This document shows, piece after piece, positions 19,490 through 37,248 of a stretch of 64,000 nucleotides of DNA. Each line of letters starts with the position of its first letter. Within the stretch, counting starts at the first letter, position 1. The notes beneath the pieces were generated by a model. The model had not been told where the DNA came from, searched no databases, and was given only the letters and a program-made list of their open reading frames with translations. A program made the translations under genes and the position numbers. Origin of the DNA: Amoebidium appalachense (lineage: Eukaryota; Protista; Ichthyosporea); the NCBI GenBank assembly GCA_963693365.1, contig CAVNZM010000008.1, positions 2,294,001 through 2,358,000 on the forward strand. Reading direction: 5' to 3'.

Positions 19490-20814
19490 GATAGCGGGTA
19501 GTCGATTGCTGCTGGAACAGCCCAAACACAATTCGAACAATAGAATGCAGCGAGAATGGTTTTTCAAGCTTTTCAAATGAGTGCGTGTCGGAGTATATAC
19601 TTGTTGGTGCGAGCATACAACCAATCACAAGAGGCTGCAAAGCATTGTCCAATCGTTACAAAGCTGTCAGATCCACGAATCAGAAGGCTTTTGATCAGAT
19701 GACGGTGGTGTTGCAGCACTGCTCAAACAGCATCCTCCCCCCCCCCCCCCCCCCCCCTCCGCCCCCTCCTCCTTCTCCCTCCCTCCCCCCCCCCCCCCCC
19801 CTCCCCACCCCTACTATTTTCTGCTGCTTTTGATCACAGTACACAATCTTCCCTCTCCCTAAATATCACTCTAAGAGTCTACCTATAGCGTGACGATTAC
19901 CTAACTTTGACTGAGTCGCGAATCACGACATTCCACGCGGTCCAATCACACTGCACCGCCGCACCGCATTCCACAGCGCGCAGAGCGCACGGAGCAAAAA
20001 AAAAAAAAAAAAGGTTTAGTTGAGGTAGTTGATAGCACATTAATTATTTACGTAAGGCACCAGAAATTCCATACAAAAATACTAAAAGAAATAATTCTAA
20101 GCTGTTCACGATGGAAAGCGTAAACAAATATAAGAAGACTCCAAAAAGAATGTAAATTCTTGCAAATTGTTGCACGTGGAATCCGGCCCGTGGTCAGAGA
20201 CTCAGAGGGCCGTGCCACCAAGCCCAGTTGCAACTTGAGGCGACGCGTGCGCCGTGTGCCACACCTGGTCTAGCCCCGCTGTGGCCCCAATCCGTGGGTG
20301 TACATACAGAACAACCAGAGGATGTACTCTTGTAGCGTTCAATCTTGTTAATGCTTTACATCATGTACGGCGTTAAATGGTTTAAGTTTTTTGATTGCAA
20401 TGAGGGCACTTCTGGGTCGTGGAATGTAAAGATAGACATTCCAGAGATGACAACATGAGCCTTTTAGATCTTCATCAGGTTAGTACAGCCCAACATTATA
20501 AATTGTTTAATGTACAGAGGGTTTTGGAATCGTGATATTTCTTATGAAAATGGAATAATGTTTCTATAACAGTAATTTTGATTCAAGGGAAAGGAAAAAA
20601 GGAAGGGAAGGGGAAGAGGGTCTCTCAAGATGTGCATGGCAACAAAACCTTAGGAGCCTTCTGATTCGTGGATCTAACGGCTTTTTGGAGCTTTTTAGTC
20701 TCTTTCGATTGGCTGTAATGTCTAATCAACACGTAAATAAGCCTACACCCATTCACTTGTGTTGTTTCTTTGTGTTCCGCTAGCTTATTCCACAGCAATC
20801 GCCTACCCGCTATA

Positions 20815-22888
<2,074 letters not shown>

Positions 22889-23214
22889 CTAGATGGACTC
22901 ACCTCTGGGCACGCTACTAGCATGACCATGATGTTTATTGCCTTTTATAAGTTCCCCATGTACATATTACAGGTCATGAATTGAGCACACCTACCAATAT
23001 GAAATTTCTTAAGGAGAACAAAAAAAGTTCCGATAGCTTACTAATTTAGTGCATTTGCAAAGCAATTCTTTGCAAATAGTGCCGGGTTATAGCTTATGCC
23101 TTCAATTTGACTAATCATTCTAACTGACAACGTGGCACTGTGTGTATCCCGGAACCACCGAAATGTTTTGATAGAAACACTGTGCAAATGCATTTAAATT
23201 ACATCACCCGGAGA

Positions 23215-24006
<792 letters not shown>

Positions 24007-24465
24007 AATTAAATTTTCATGATGCGGTTAGCCAAGCAGTGTCTCTTCGCTATCATCCATACAGGACAGTCGTGCTTTATACCAGACTGGCCTGGACTGG
24101 GCTCACCCAACAAGAAATATCCGAATTGAGAGAAATTGGAGCCTGAGGGGAGTAACAACCTTCTCGTCAGTTTCGCCTCCGTCGATAAACCATGGATTTA
24201 TTGAAAAAACTTCTATGAACGAATGGAAAAAACATCAAATACGATGTTTCTCCGTATTTTTGCGACTTAGTGCAATAAGGGACTGTTTGTTTACATAAGC
24301 ACGTGTAGATTTGTGCATAATTTGCCACGTGCACAGATTGCGTGCAAGTAAGCTACTTGGTCCTATATTGGGGAGGATAAGGGTCACGGCGTACTTGGAC
24401 GTCATAAGATTGGTTTCAACACACAGTCTTTCAGGTATTTGTAATATCCCCTCCTGCGCGCGCGC

Positions 24466-24520
<55 letters not shown>

Positions 24521-25098
24521 TGTGTGTGTGTGCAAGCTACCCAATTGCAACTTGGCACCGTGTCTGCAGACTCTGCTTGGCTGGAGCACACAAGGTTGAA
24601 TTTAGTGTGCATTTGACTTTACTGTGACATAAAAGTATATGTATGTGTGTGTGCACGTGGGTGGGACGGTGTGTAAATTGTTTGGCAGTGGAGAATGTGT
24701 CCAAGCACAAGATTCATAAAATGGGAGAAAGGAGAGTGGAAGGGAGGAAGGGGGGAGCGGGGGCCTTGGGGGGGGGGGGGGGGGGCGAGAGGGAGAGAGA
24801 GTGAGAGAGAGTGAGAGTGAGAGAGAGAGAGAAGAGAGAGAAAGAGAAAGAGAGAGGGAGGGAGAGAGAGAAAGAGAGAGAGTGTGTGTGTACATGTGTG
24901 TGTGCCGAAACAGAGATCCCGAAAGTATATAAACAGAGCTTTCCTAAGTGCGCAAGATCTTTCCGAGTTGGACCCTTAAACAGGCCAATCTACTTCTCGG
25001 TGACCAGTCAGTTGAACGCAGTCAACACCAGAGCGGAAACAACCACTCGCTCAAAACCAGTCACCAAAGCATTAATCAAAGTACACCACACACACTAA

Positions 25099-25667
25099 AT
25101 GGCCAGCGCAATGCTCATTTTCGCCGCCCTTGCAGCTATTGCCAGCACGGCCCAGGCGCCTCCCTCTCCACCCGCTTCACCAGTGTGCCCTTCACCCTGC
25201 AGGACCAATACCCAACCTTTGACACCAGCTACAAGCTGCGACCTGACAAACGCCCCGGGCGCAGGTGTGCAGTGCAGTTCAGCCATTGCGCAGCTGTTTT
25301 CATCCCCGCTGGACTGTCAAAGCATCACTGGGCAGGCATGCGGCACCAACAACGATGCTGGCTCGTCCTTTGAAAACTGGTGGCAGGCCACCGCCGGCGC
25401 AGAGCCCGTTACGGGGCCTACGGGCAACTCCCCCACTTTCAGTGTCAAGGCGTTCGCAGCACCACTAGTGAACCCATGTGGTGCGAGTTCTCGTGCTCCC
25501 TGACAACTGATGCTTCGGCGTGGATGTGCGTGTCGGATGGCTGCGAGCAGACGCTCTACACCACACAGGAGGCATGCAAGGCCGACATTCGGAAGTTCTG
25601 TGCCATCCGGTCGTCTGAGGCATTTATGGACTGGTGGGAGGCACTTAATAAGATTAGCAGCTACTAG
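25099..25667 (+). CDS. Small secreted cysteine-rich protein, intronless (~189 aa after 1-nt correction near 25475)
   Basis: Signal-peptide-like MASAMLIFAALAAIASTAQA, Pro-rich linker and many Cys. The Cys-rich reading continues in the shifted frame (MWCEFSCSLTT…DWWEALNKISSY*). TATATAAA near 24926. Confidence 0.7.
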
Positions 25668-25938
25668 TAGTTAAGACGATTTATTACAGTTAGTTATTAG
25701 CATCGTAAAACCGTACTTCGTATCCATCTTGCGCCTGTAGTAGGACATCCTTAGTAAATCTTTGAGAAGGGACTGTACGTGCAATTGTACATATATAAAC
25801 AGCGTAAACCCCCTGGGCCACATATATATCCGAATGACTGACTAGTCCTCCAATAAACACACTTTGCAAACAAATTTTAGCCTCAGCCAGATCAAGAAAA
25901 TATGCTTGCATGAACACTACCCCTATACTAAAGAAATC

Positions 25939-25972
<34 letters not shown>

Positions 25973-26159
25973 CTCTCTCTCTCTCTCTCCTCCCGAGGCT
26001 CCCGGGACCCTGAGGCTCTCCCCCGTCCGCTTGCCCCTACCCACCCACCCCTCCCTTGCCCTCACGAAATGTCCAGGAACCTCCCTCCTGATCCCTTTTT
26101 TTTTTTACATACTGCCTCCTTCTCTTTTGCAGCACACTCGCCAAATATCCTCAAAATAA

Positions 26160-26208
<49 letters not shown>

Positions 26209-27123
26209 ACCGGCACCCCCCCACCCCCTTCTGCACTTCTGCACCGCCCCTTCCTCTCCTCCCCCCTTTACCCCCTTCCCCCCTCCCCCAACAATTGCAA
26301 ACACGTCCACCCATGGCCAGCCTCCGGTTCCTCGTACGCGTGACTGTGCACATCTTTCCCTTCCTCTCTTCCCCAGACCCGGCCCACCTACGCAGCTTCG
26401 AACGACTATGTAGCTCGCTATAGCATTATGCGTGTGCAACAATCCTAGTAAAGCTTTCTCTGGCGCGCAAAAACCTATTACACTATAGGTACCCTCACTT
26501 CAACAGATGCATATGTACGTCACCAAGCAATTACTGTTTACTTCTGATGGCATTGCGATTGTGTACCTAACACAATGTAAGTTCATGAATTATTGCAACT
26601 AACATTATAGGCACACCAAGATATACTAAACACCCAACAACCCAAACACCTTCAAATCGAACAATTACAACAGTAACTATTAGACCGCCAAGTTAGTATA
26701 CACTATTTTTTCTTTGAGTAATACTATGAAAGCCAAGAGACACATCATTATGCTACATATTACTTGCCAAAACATCTAACACAAGTCATTCGCACAACAT
26801 CACTCAAGAAAGCAACAGAGAGGCATCACACACATGGTATCTACACATAAAGCAATAGCAATACAAATTTCATCCTATGCAGCAATTTCATACCGCACCA
26901 GGTAATCACCACACCCTACCCCATTTCAAAAACTGTCCACTTACGAACAGATTTTCATTATCAATACAACATAAATACTAAAACAACCTACGTTGCAGAG
27001 GTACAAAGATCAACACTAATTATATACGGTTAAAGATGAGATGGCAACAAATGTTTGTGTGTAAGTATGTGTGGGTGGGCGCACATCCAAAGGTTTTGTG
27101 TGTGTGCGTGCGTGCGTGCGTGC

Positions 27124-27178
<55 letters not shown>

Positions 27179-27462
27179 TGCGTGTGTGTGTGTGTGTGTA
27201 CCGCGTGTGCGTACCTCGTGTGCACGTGCGTGTGTGTATGTGTACACGTGTGTGTGTGCGTGTGGCTGTGTTCATGTGACTTTAAGCATGTCTATGTATA
27301 GCCAAGCCCGTTCAGGTGTGGGCAAACAGGTGCATGTGTCAACAACAAAAAACACCCCCTTCCCACAGTAACCCCCCTTCAACACCACCACCCACCCACA
27401 CACATGCAAGCCCAAGAAAACAGAGCATGCGTTAAGTCACACCCACCACCCAAGCCACCACC

Positions 27463-29416
27463 CTACATAGCCGAGCGCATACCCAACCACCCAAATACCG
27501 CCTGGTACGGTGTACGTCTGGTTGGTGCCGGCTCCGGTACCTGGCTCGTATCCATCTGCATGTGCTCCTGTGTGTTTGCACCCCCATCCGGCGGCCCTTC
27601 CACCATCGGAACATAACCGTTGTGGTGTCCCGAGCGATCCGATTGCGGCGTCTCAGTCTCCCCGTAGCTTGTTTCGACGATTGTCGGTGGTGTGGGTTGG
27701 TAGGATAGGCGTGAGGGGGGTAAACGCTCCGGCATCTTATACATGGCCCCGTCCGGCTGGGCCTCGTACATGCGCATCTCTTGGAAACGTGGTGGCACGT
27801 GCGTGGGTGGTGGTGTAGGCACGTGAGTGCGCATGAACGGTTGGACGGACCGTGCATAAGATGGAACGGGTTGGGGTTTCGGTGGTGGAGGTGGGGGGGT
27901 TTCTTCAGGGGGTTGCTGGGGTGCCTCGGAGCTCCAATGGCCCATAAGTGATCGGTGCACTCTTGCAGGTGACCGTGCATGCATTGCTGCCCCACCAACC
28001 TGGTACGGATGTACACGTGTTTCCTGCTTCGTCGGGGGGGTGTATGGTGCCGGATCGGGTCTAGGAGGACTCACTGTGTCCTGGAATGGCCGGAAAAACC
28101 CACGGGACTCGCTCGAATTTGTCGACCGCCCGGAGCTTAGGGTTGGGGATGGAGCCGTGATATCGTGCGGGCTGTACGGGTGCACATCGTGTTGTTGCTG
28201 CTGCGGTGGGTATAGGGGGAGCGACAATCTGGATCCTGATTGGAGATCCGGCTGGGAGCTATATAGGGAATTCGGGCTGTGGTTGGGGGGTCGGTGGTGT
28301 TGCTGTTCCGGGGGATACGTATAGTATTCAGCCGGGGGCCCCATAACCGGTTGGGCATATTGGGAGGTATCGTGTGTGGACTCTTGTGACGGCCGTGCAT
28401 GCAGGCTCATATGCATCATGGCCTGTGGTAGAGTCTGGTTCTGACCCGACCCGACTCGTTGGTCCTCCCATGTGTTAACCCCCTCCGCAGTACCCCAGTA
28501 TCCCCCATGCGACGCGCTGTTCACCAGGTGTGGATGCGATGAGTGTTGTTGTTGTTGTTGTTGTTGTTGTCCCTGATTCTGTCCTGGGCCAACACGTGCC
28601 GGGGCGGAAGCACGTGCCTGTGTGTTTTGTGACTGTTGGCGTTTCTTACGTGCGGCTAAATTTAGCGGCAGTGGAAGGGGAAGCCATGTGGCTAGTGTAG
28701 ACTGCTGTTGTTGCTGGGGCGGAGGGGGCTCGGGCATGGGCTGGGGGGCCGGAGGATGTGATTGGTCCGGTGGGGGTTGATATTGGCCCATCTCCACAGA
28801 GCGAATTTCGGACGGGGGGTGTTGGTGGTGGTTCGGGACCGGGGCCGGAGAGTGTTGCTGGTGCTGTGCTATTAATATCGAATGCACGGACGCAGGTGAC
28901 GCCGCCAGTGAATAATGCGGGGACGGGGTAACATTCTGCGGGTTACGATACGCCATGTCGGGTGCTGGTGCGGGGGGTGCCTGATCCACTTCCATATCAT
29001 TTGATTCCATAGCCGCTGGAGCACTTGCTCTAGCCGCATACTGGCTGTGTTTGCTCTTTAAAAATCGATGGCTCCCAAGGAGCCTCCGTGGGCCCGGAGC
29101 CGGAGCCGGGGGTTGGTACGGTGCTGTGCCCCCAGAGCCGGTAGGAACCAGGGAGGAGCCTTGGGAGGGCGTTTCCAAACCCCCCATAGGTTGGGGTCCC
29201 CCTACTGGTTGGACCCCACCTTCGTGTGAAATTGGTGCGGGTATGTGTTGAGGTGGGTGTTGTTGCTGCCAATTTTCGTTTGGGGTGGCGGGGCCCATGC
29301 CGGCATCGGCTTGTGGGTGTGGCTGGCTGGGTGGCTCGGGAGTAGGTTGGGGTGGGGGGTTGTTCGATTCATTGCTAGAGAAGTTGAAGGGACGGGGGAG
29401 CATGAAGAAAGGTAGC
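27463..29416 (-). CDS. Long terminal exon encoding ~650 aa of Pro/Gln/Ser-rich disordered protein
   Basis: ~1.95 kb open frame almost free of microsatellites, preceded by a CAG acceptor at 29417-29419. In-frame ATG at 29403. No globular domain recognised. Confidence 0.8.
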
Positions 29417-29533
29417 CTGGGGGGTGGACAAAACATTAGAACACATAGGCACACATCTGATTCACGTGCTGGTCATATGGCTCGTGTTTGCACGCGTGCG
29501 TTTTGAGTGTGTGTGCGTGTGTGTGCGTGCGTG

Positions 29534-29634
<101 letters not shown>

Positions 29635-29802
29635 TGTGTGTGTGCGTGCACACACACCCAGGTGCCAAAAGGAGGGGCACAGATAACAAGGGCAAGGGGA
29701 AAAAAGGAATGGGCCAGTCGAGGAAGTTAAGGATTGAGGGGTGGAGAGGGAGGAGGAGAGGAGGGGGAGGGGGCGGTGTTTTTTTTTTCTGGTTTTTTTT
29801 TT

Positions 29803-29852
<50 letters not shown>

Positions 29853-30015
29853 GCAAATCAACGCTCCACACCCACCCCCTGACAACAAGAGCAGAGGGAG
29901 GACAAGATTGTGTGAGCCATGAGAAGGTGTTATGTGTGGTCAGGAAGACGCTCATGGGAAGAAGTGTAAGCCATAGTGGGCAGCAGTCAATTGGTGGGCG
30001 GTCGGCGGGTGGGCG

Positions 30016-30057
<42 letters not shown>

Positions 30058-30363
30058 TGTATGCGTTAGAGGTTTGAAAGAGGGAGTGGGGTGGGAAGAG
30101 GGCGCCAGAGGCCGGAGGGGGGAGGAGGGCAGAGGGGGAGGGGGGGGGGGATGTGTCACGGAGTATAAAGTTCACATTCACGATGGACAACACAGTGCAA
30201 CTTAGGGGGGGAAAAGAAAGTTAAAAAAAAAAGAGCACAAGGGGGTTGCAAAGGCGCTCTTAGTGCAAGAAAGGTGAACAAGGCACCAAAAAGGGAAAGG
30301 TGAAACCGTTATTTTTAGGTGTGTGTGCTTGTGTGTTTGGAGAGAGGGAGGGGAGGCGGGGAA

Positions 30364-30394
<31 letters not shown>

Positions 30395-30493
30395 GTCAGG
30401 GAAGAACACAAGACCATAACCCAGAGTCACCAACAAAAAGGTCCTCTAGCCGAACCCGTCAAGAGGAGGATCTATACAGGCTCATATAAAGAA

Positions 30494-30530
<37 letters not shown>

Positions 30531-31216
30531 AAGCATCCTACTCGAGCCCAGATGCCAAGCAGATGCAAATGACAACAAAAATTCGCCTTTTTGATATCGT
30601 ACAATTATACTAGACACACCAGCTGCTGCTGTGTTATACACATGCCTACCTCCCCCCCCAAACACCTCCCTCCCCCCCCCCCCCCCCCCCTCCCCTCCCC
30701 TTCTCATCCCCTCCTCCCCCCCCCCCCTCCTTTTCCCCAACCTCACCTTCTCCCTCCCATTCTCACACACACACTCTCTCCCTCCCTTACGCCCGTCCGC
30801 TTGCACAACACAACCCCAAAGGAACTCATTCAATTCCCTACCTATGAAATCCACACTGAAACCCCAGGACAAAGATGCATATCGTTACAGACCATAATGG
30901 TAAAGAAAAAGGAAATCAGGCAAACGGAGAGGCCAGAAAGAATAAGGAGAGGAAGGCTACAGGGGTAAGTAATAAAGGGTACAAGGGAGGGAGGGAGGTA
31001 AATATGCAGGGGGCCACCGGAGGCGGGGAAGGGGGATAAAGGCAATTGAGAATGAGCAACAGATAAACCAAGGCACCAAAAACAAGTGCAGAGAGAGACC
31101 TTTAAACACAGCCCATCAACGGGAGGAGGGGAGGGGAGGGGCGGGAGGATGTAATAGAGCAAATGACTTAGTCGCACAGACGGATATTAGGGGAGAAGGG
31201 GGATGGGGAGATGGAA

Positions 31217-31249
<33 letters not shown>

Positions 31250-32374
31250 GAGGGGACACAGGAGTGTGTATATGTGCGAGTGTGTTCAGGACTCTGCATG
31301 CACCCCTCCCCCCTTTCCCCCCCTCCCCCTCTTTCTCCGACCACTTGCAGAGAACTCACAGCAAGGCTGAAAACGTCAAAGGCGCCAGAAGGAAGTAGTG
31401 CTGAGGGGGCAACAGAGGAGGGAAAACAGAGAAGAGAAAAGAGTTGGGGAGTGGCAGGGGACGCCACAGGGGGACGGGGGGGGGGGGGGGGGGGTATGCA
31501 TTGAAGGTGGGAAAACCATGGGCTTGGGGAAAAGGAGAGAGGTGAGGGGGGGGAAAGGGGGAGGGTGGTTACAAGGCAAACCCCTTAACGGGGATGGGCA
31601 GACGGTGCCTTACAGCACCGAAGAGGGAGTGTCAAGTGTGAAGAATGAGCAAAGATGACTAAGAGAATGAAAAGAAAGACAAAGCAAAAAGAAACTCACA
31701 CAGCTTGCGAATCGGAGAAAACTAGAAACCGAGACACCATGGACAACGTGCGGAAAGGAAAGGAGTGGAAAGAAAAGGAGTGGGCGATAGGGGGGACAAA
31801 AGAGGGACACAAGCGCAAGGATGAACAGGGTAAGAGGCGCGAGAAAGAGGGGGGAGGGGGGGGGGAGAGAGAGGAGAGAAATCGAACCAGGTACAAATTT
31901 CGTGGCTCATTCTCTCTTGAACAAATTAGAAAAGGAGGTTGCACGACACAGGTGTGTGTGTTTTGTGTCAAAGAGCGGCCGTACGCCATGTGTACATGAG
32001 TGCGTACGCGAGTGTGTTTTGTGCAGTGTGTGGACCCGAGCGCTCGAGTGTTTGTGTGCATGTCTGTGTGGGTGGGTGCATGCACGTGCATGTGCGTGCG
32101 TGGGTGTTGCGTGCACCTGTGGATGATGATTGTGTCCGTGTGCGTGGGAGTGTGTGTGTGTGTGTGTGTGTGCGGGTGTGTGCAGCTACGTGTGCATTCA
32201 TGCACACCTGAACTCTTGTGTATGTTCGTGGGTAGTACTGATTGGCACAGGGTACATTCCTCGTCAGTGAACTTGCAATTCTGAAGGAGACGCTGCAAGA
32301 GCCAACATCTACCGTTACCACCCCAGCACTTTGGTGGAGTACCACAAAACAAACACAGAACATGTATTGCTCAC

Positions 32375-32514
32375 CTTCTTGGTGGAGGCTCCTGCCTGGT
32401 TTCTGGTTGAGGGGTTTGCGCATTTTGAGGGTTCTTCTGGCAGTTCGGATCACTGCCATCACAGCGGATGTGTGTGTCCTGGCAGTGCTTACAGCTAGTG
32501 CGTTTTCGTGCCAT
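32375..32514 (-). CDS. Probable first exon with partial Zn(II)2Cys6-like motif; possibly the 5' end of the 27463..29416 gene
   Basis: MARKRTSCKHCQDTHIRCDGSDPNCQKN…PPR followed by a GTGAG donor. Spacing Cx2Cx6Cx6C. Several small AG/GT-bounded candidate exons lie between 32300 and 30400. Confidence 0.55.
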
Positions 32515-34662
32515 GTCTAAGCTGTCCACACAGCACACACTAAACAGAGTGAAATGGGGCAACACTGGGGGTGTCCATTCGCGCCAACTAGAAATTTGTA
32601 ACTGCCTGCACTGAATTACAGGTCAAAGAGCCTAAACGAACTACGACGCATTTCCACCCGGAAAAAAGGTGGGAAGAGTTGACTTGGGTGAAGTTACCTA
32701 ACGTAGAAACTAGAAACGACCTGAAATAGTCCTTAGGAACCAACAGACAGCCGCCTTCGAATTGGACGAGAGAACGAAGGTCCCTGCAGCAGTTTTCTCC
32801 GTATCAAAATAGAAAAGCGGCGCCAAAAAAAAGTTTCTGCATATCATATTCAGAAAGGGGAAAAAAAAATTAGAAGCTAGGAAACGAAGCTGTGGAAGCT
32901 CCAGCTGGTTGTGAATACCACAGCGCTCAGAACCGAAGAGCAACATAAAAAAAAAAATTAAAAAAAAGTGCACGACCGTATGTAGGTGCAAGTTGCATGC
33001 GGCCTGGTGCTGCGAATGCGGTGTGACATGTTGTAGGCCTTTGCCCGGTATGACTGTGACATAGCCAAGAGGGGGGGGAACCTAAGAGAGCCAAATAAAA
33101 ATTGTTGGCTGCAAACGTAATTTAACTCAGCAGTATAATATTGGATTAGTTGCCATACTTTTGTAATTTGTTTTAGACATAAAATTTTGATTTGGTAAAA
33201 TGAAAATAAATCTTTAGGTAGCCATGGGCCACACGCCATCGTAATACCGTATGCCCGTTTTCAAAAGTTCGTAAATTGTCCCGATTGCTAGACCCCAAAT
33301 TCATGGAGAATAAGGGGACACCTCCCGTGAAACGATTGGTCGACAAGTTACCAATCGGGTTTGGGCAATGGTTGATCATCGAATTCCACGGTCACGCGGC
33401 AAAGGAGCTCCGATCAGCGACCACGTATACGCCTCGTAGACACCCACGTGTCAGCTTGAGTTTGAATATAATAATAACGTCAAAATCAAAAGGAATGAAT
33501 AATCTGAAGTTTTCACTTATAATTCTTAGGCACATTATTCCATTTATGGTTTAGCACCCTCGAGCACGGCTCTGCTAGTGCACACTTCACACAACTGCCC
33601 GGATTGGGGTAGAGTTTGGGGAGACGTTTAAGATTTGAGAAAAAGCCACAAACCCGATGTTGGCGCCCAAACAATAACTGTAGTCTAAAATTTTAGAATT
33701 GATACTAGATAATTGCATCGCAATATTGAGATCCAAGGATCAAGACAATCCTACAAACAAAGCGACACGGCTGTTTATGATACTAAAGCAATCACTGAGC
33801 ACTTATGCTTTCAAAAATATTTCTGTTTTTTTCGTATCCAATCAACACGGCTTCAAACGAGCCGCATATGGCCGGATACGTTTAACAGTTGCAGGAACTT
33901 TTGGCGCCAATGATTCCACAATAAACAAACACCGGCCCGTTTTCACGAGCAAGTTAGGGAACAACTTAAGAGAAAGAGAGATTGAATATAGTCTTTTCAT
34001 AGAAAGTTGTTGCCGTTTTATTAAATAGCATCAGGGAAGCGAGAAGGTAAAAAAGGAACAGAGATATGCCCCCCTTTTTGGTTGGAGGTAAAGTTCGGCT
34101 AGCCAAGAAATGAATGATAAGTTGTGAACTACTGCAGAGCACTAACTACCTTGAGAAGAGGAAAGTACTGAAATACTTTAAAGGCCAATTATAGCCACAA
34201 TATTCCTACTTTTTTTATTGTTTTATAAAAACTTATTCCAGCAGGCAAGTGCAGAAACCTAGAGGCAACAGGAGGAACAGTTACTTGTCGAAAAGTGTGA
34301 TAGGAAGAGAACGAGGGCGTGTGTCCAAAAGAAAAAAGGTGGGTGTAGGTGAGATAATTTGAAAAGCAAAAAGGAGAGGGGGGAGGGGGAAGGGGGGAGG
34401 GGAGAGAGAGAGGGAATTGGGGACTAGGGAGGGAGAGTGTTTGGGGCGGGGGGGCGGGGGGAGAGGGAGGGGGGAGGGAGAGGGAGGGGGGGGGTAGAGA
34501 GGGGAGGGGGGGGGGGGAAGAGAGAGAGAAGAGAGCGAGGGAGAGAGAGGAAGAGAGAGAAAAAAACGACGGCAATGGAAGGGGGGAGGAGTGGGGGTGG
34601 AGAATGAGAGAGAGGGGGCAGGGAGGTGGACACGGGAAATGCAGGGGGGGGGGGGGGGACGG

Positions 34663-34754
<92 letters not shown>

Positions 34755-34758
34755 GTAG

Positions 34759-34806
<48 letters not shown>

Positions 34807-35321
34807 TAGTTGGCAAGAGAGAGAAAGAGGGAGAGGGGGGGAAGGGAGAGAAGTGGGGGGGGGGAAGGGAGAGAAGGGGGGGGGGGGGGGGGGGGGGAAG
34901 AGATACAGTGTGTCTGTGCGTGAGAGAAGATGTTACCAAGAGCTACAGATAGGGTTGATTCTCATGCATCCAGAACGGGAACACAACAAAATAGTTCATA
35001 CCATACTCGAAAGATGATTACTGCGGTTGCACTATCACAGATTGTGGATGACACAGGGGACTCGAAAGCTGAGAAGGAAACCACGGCACAGAAGCGACTT
35101 GTGCAAGTAGCTTCATGTTGTTCCTGTATACTTTTCGTGGTTTCTTTCTTGCATCCAGACCTTTCGATGATCTAAAACTGTTACAAAAACCCACTCTAAA
35201 ACCTCATAAGAGACAAGCTGTGAAATTATGAATCGTTCCAAGCTGCAAGTGCCTAAGCGTATGTAACAGAACCGATATTGGGCTGTATTTTCCACTAATC
35301 TGGCCATTTTGCAGGAACAAC

Positions 35322-35479
35322 ATGGGCAACTCATTTTGTTACGTCGCGGGCCCAAACGAGGCTCTTGTTGTCTCAGGTGAGGATTCTCCAACCTTTGTTA
35401 ATTCTATCTTTACTTTTATATACTCAAGATTGGAGGTTAAGGGTAGAGGTCCAGGGGACAGGGTGCCTGCCCCGGGGGA

Positions 35480-35527
<48 letters not shown>

Positions 35528-35681
35528 ATATTGAATTTTTTTGTGAAGAAGTTGACCGAGGGTATGGTGTGACGGGGGACCAACATGAATCTTGTGCTTA
35601 TGCATAATGCGGCCAACTGTGTTATTGTTCTCCTAAATGAATATGACGGATTCCTAAAGACAGGCCGTGCCTGCCTTTCAA

Positions 35682-35721
<40 letters not shown>

Positions 35722-35922
35722 AAAAAAAAAAGGATAGAAGTGAAGGAAAAAATTAGAAAAATGTGCTTGAGCCTCAGTGTACGTACCCCCAGTCCACTCC
35801 CCATGTGTGTTTAGTTATCACCAAAGAACAAAATATCTCCCTCATTCTGTCTGCGTCAGTGACAACTAAATTGGACCCCCCTGGGCACCAACTCTTTCTC
35901 CACCACCAGATACGGACTGGGG

Positions 35923-36004
<82 letters not shown>

Positions 36005-36028
36005 TCACTCACAGACACACAGACACAT

Positions 36029-36114
<86 letters not shown>

Positions 36115-36967
36115 TATTGCGTTGATGTCCTAATCATTCCACCCCCATCCCCACCCCTTTCCCCTTACTATTTGTAGGTGGGCTCTGCAGCCAAGAGAAG
36201 AAGGATTTCGTTGTGGGTGGCTACACATGTATCTGCCCCATGACCACACAGGTTGACAGGTATGTAACCCCCCTCCCCAAGAAAGTAAAAATAAAATAAT
36301 AATAATAAATTAATAATTAAATAAAATAACAATAAAATAGCTATAAAATTGAAAATAAAAGCTAGGATTATAAGAATAAGAAAAGGGTTCCTGAATTTCA
36401 TGATCATGCCCCCTGTGTGTGCACAAATGTTTCACACACACACACCCTAAGGATCATACACCCGCACATGGCTGCTAGACAAACAGGCACATGTGCACAC
36501 ACTGAGACACACTTATACACCACGCACAGCTCCCCCCCCCCCCCCCCCCCCCCAAAAAAGGGAGAAAAATGCCACCAAATTGCACTCACCTTTTGCTTCT
36601 TCTTTCTCCCTTTCAAACAACTTTTAATTAACTTGTGTGGTGGTGGATGTTATTATGGAAGGTCATGATATGATATAAGCTATTTACATAAAAACGGGTT
36701 GGGGGGGAATGATATGGTGCCGTGCTGAATGTGATCTAAACATAACCCCTGGTGGGATGCAGACTTTCGTTGGAGATTATGACCGTCACTCCAGTGTGTG
36801 AGAAGGTCGAAACACTTAAGGGTGTGGCACTGACAGGTGGGTGTGTGTTGCCTGTTATGGGTGAATGTTGTTGCCTATTATGGGTGGGGGGGGGGGCTGC
36901 CTATTTGGGGTGGGTGTTGGCTGTATGGGTGGGCTTTGCGCATTATGGGCGGGTGATGGAGTAAGGA

Positions 36968-37003
<36 letters not shown>

Positions 37004-37064
37004 CTTTTCCTTTTTTTTTTTTTTTTTTTTTTTTTGTTCTTCTGAAGGAGTAAGGAGGGGGGGG

Positions 37065-37098
<34 letters not shown>

Positions 37099-37155
37099 CT
37101 TTTCCTTTTTTTTTTTTTTTTTTTTTTTTTTGTTCTTCTGAAGGAGTAAGGAGGA

Positions 37156-37189
<34 letters not shown>

Positions 37190-37198
37190 TCTTTTTCT

Positions 37199-37248
<50 letters not shown>

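Noticed and set aside
32600-34200. AT-rich unique region with short ORFs (e.g. 33173..33379, 33699..34028)
   Set aside because: No recognisable domain or consistent exon chain. It contains CCAAT-like boxes and is more likely promoter/intergenic DNA between divergent genes.
36958-37210. Repeat-spacer-like pattern (CRISPR-like)
   Set aside because: The 'spacers' are G and T homopolymers. It is a local tandem duplication in a eukaryotic intron with no cas genes.
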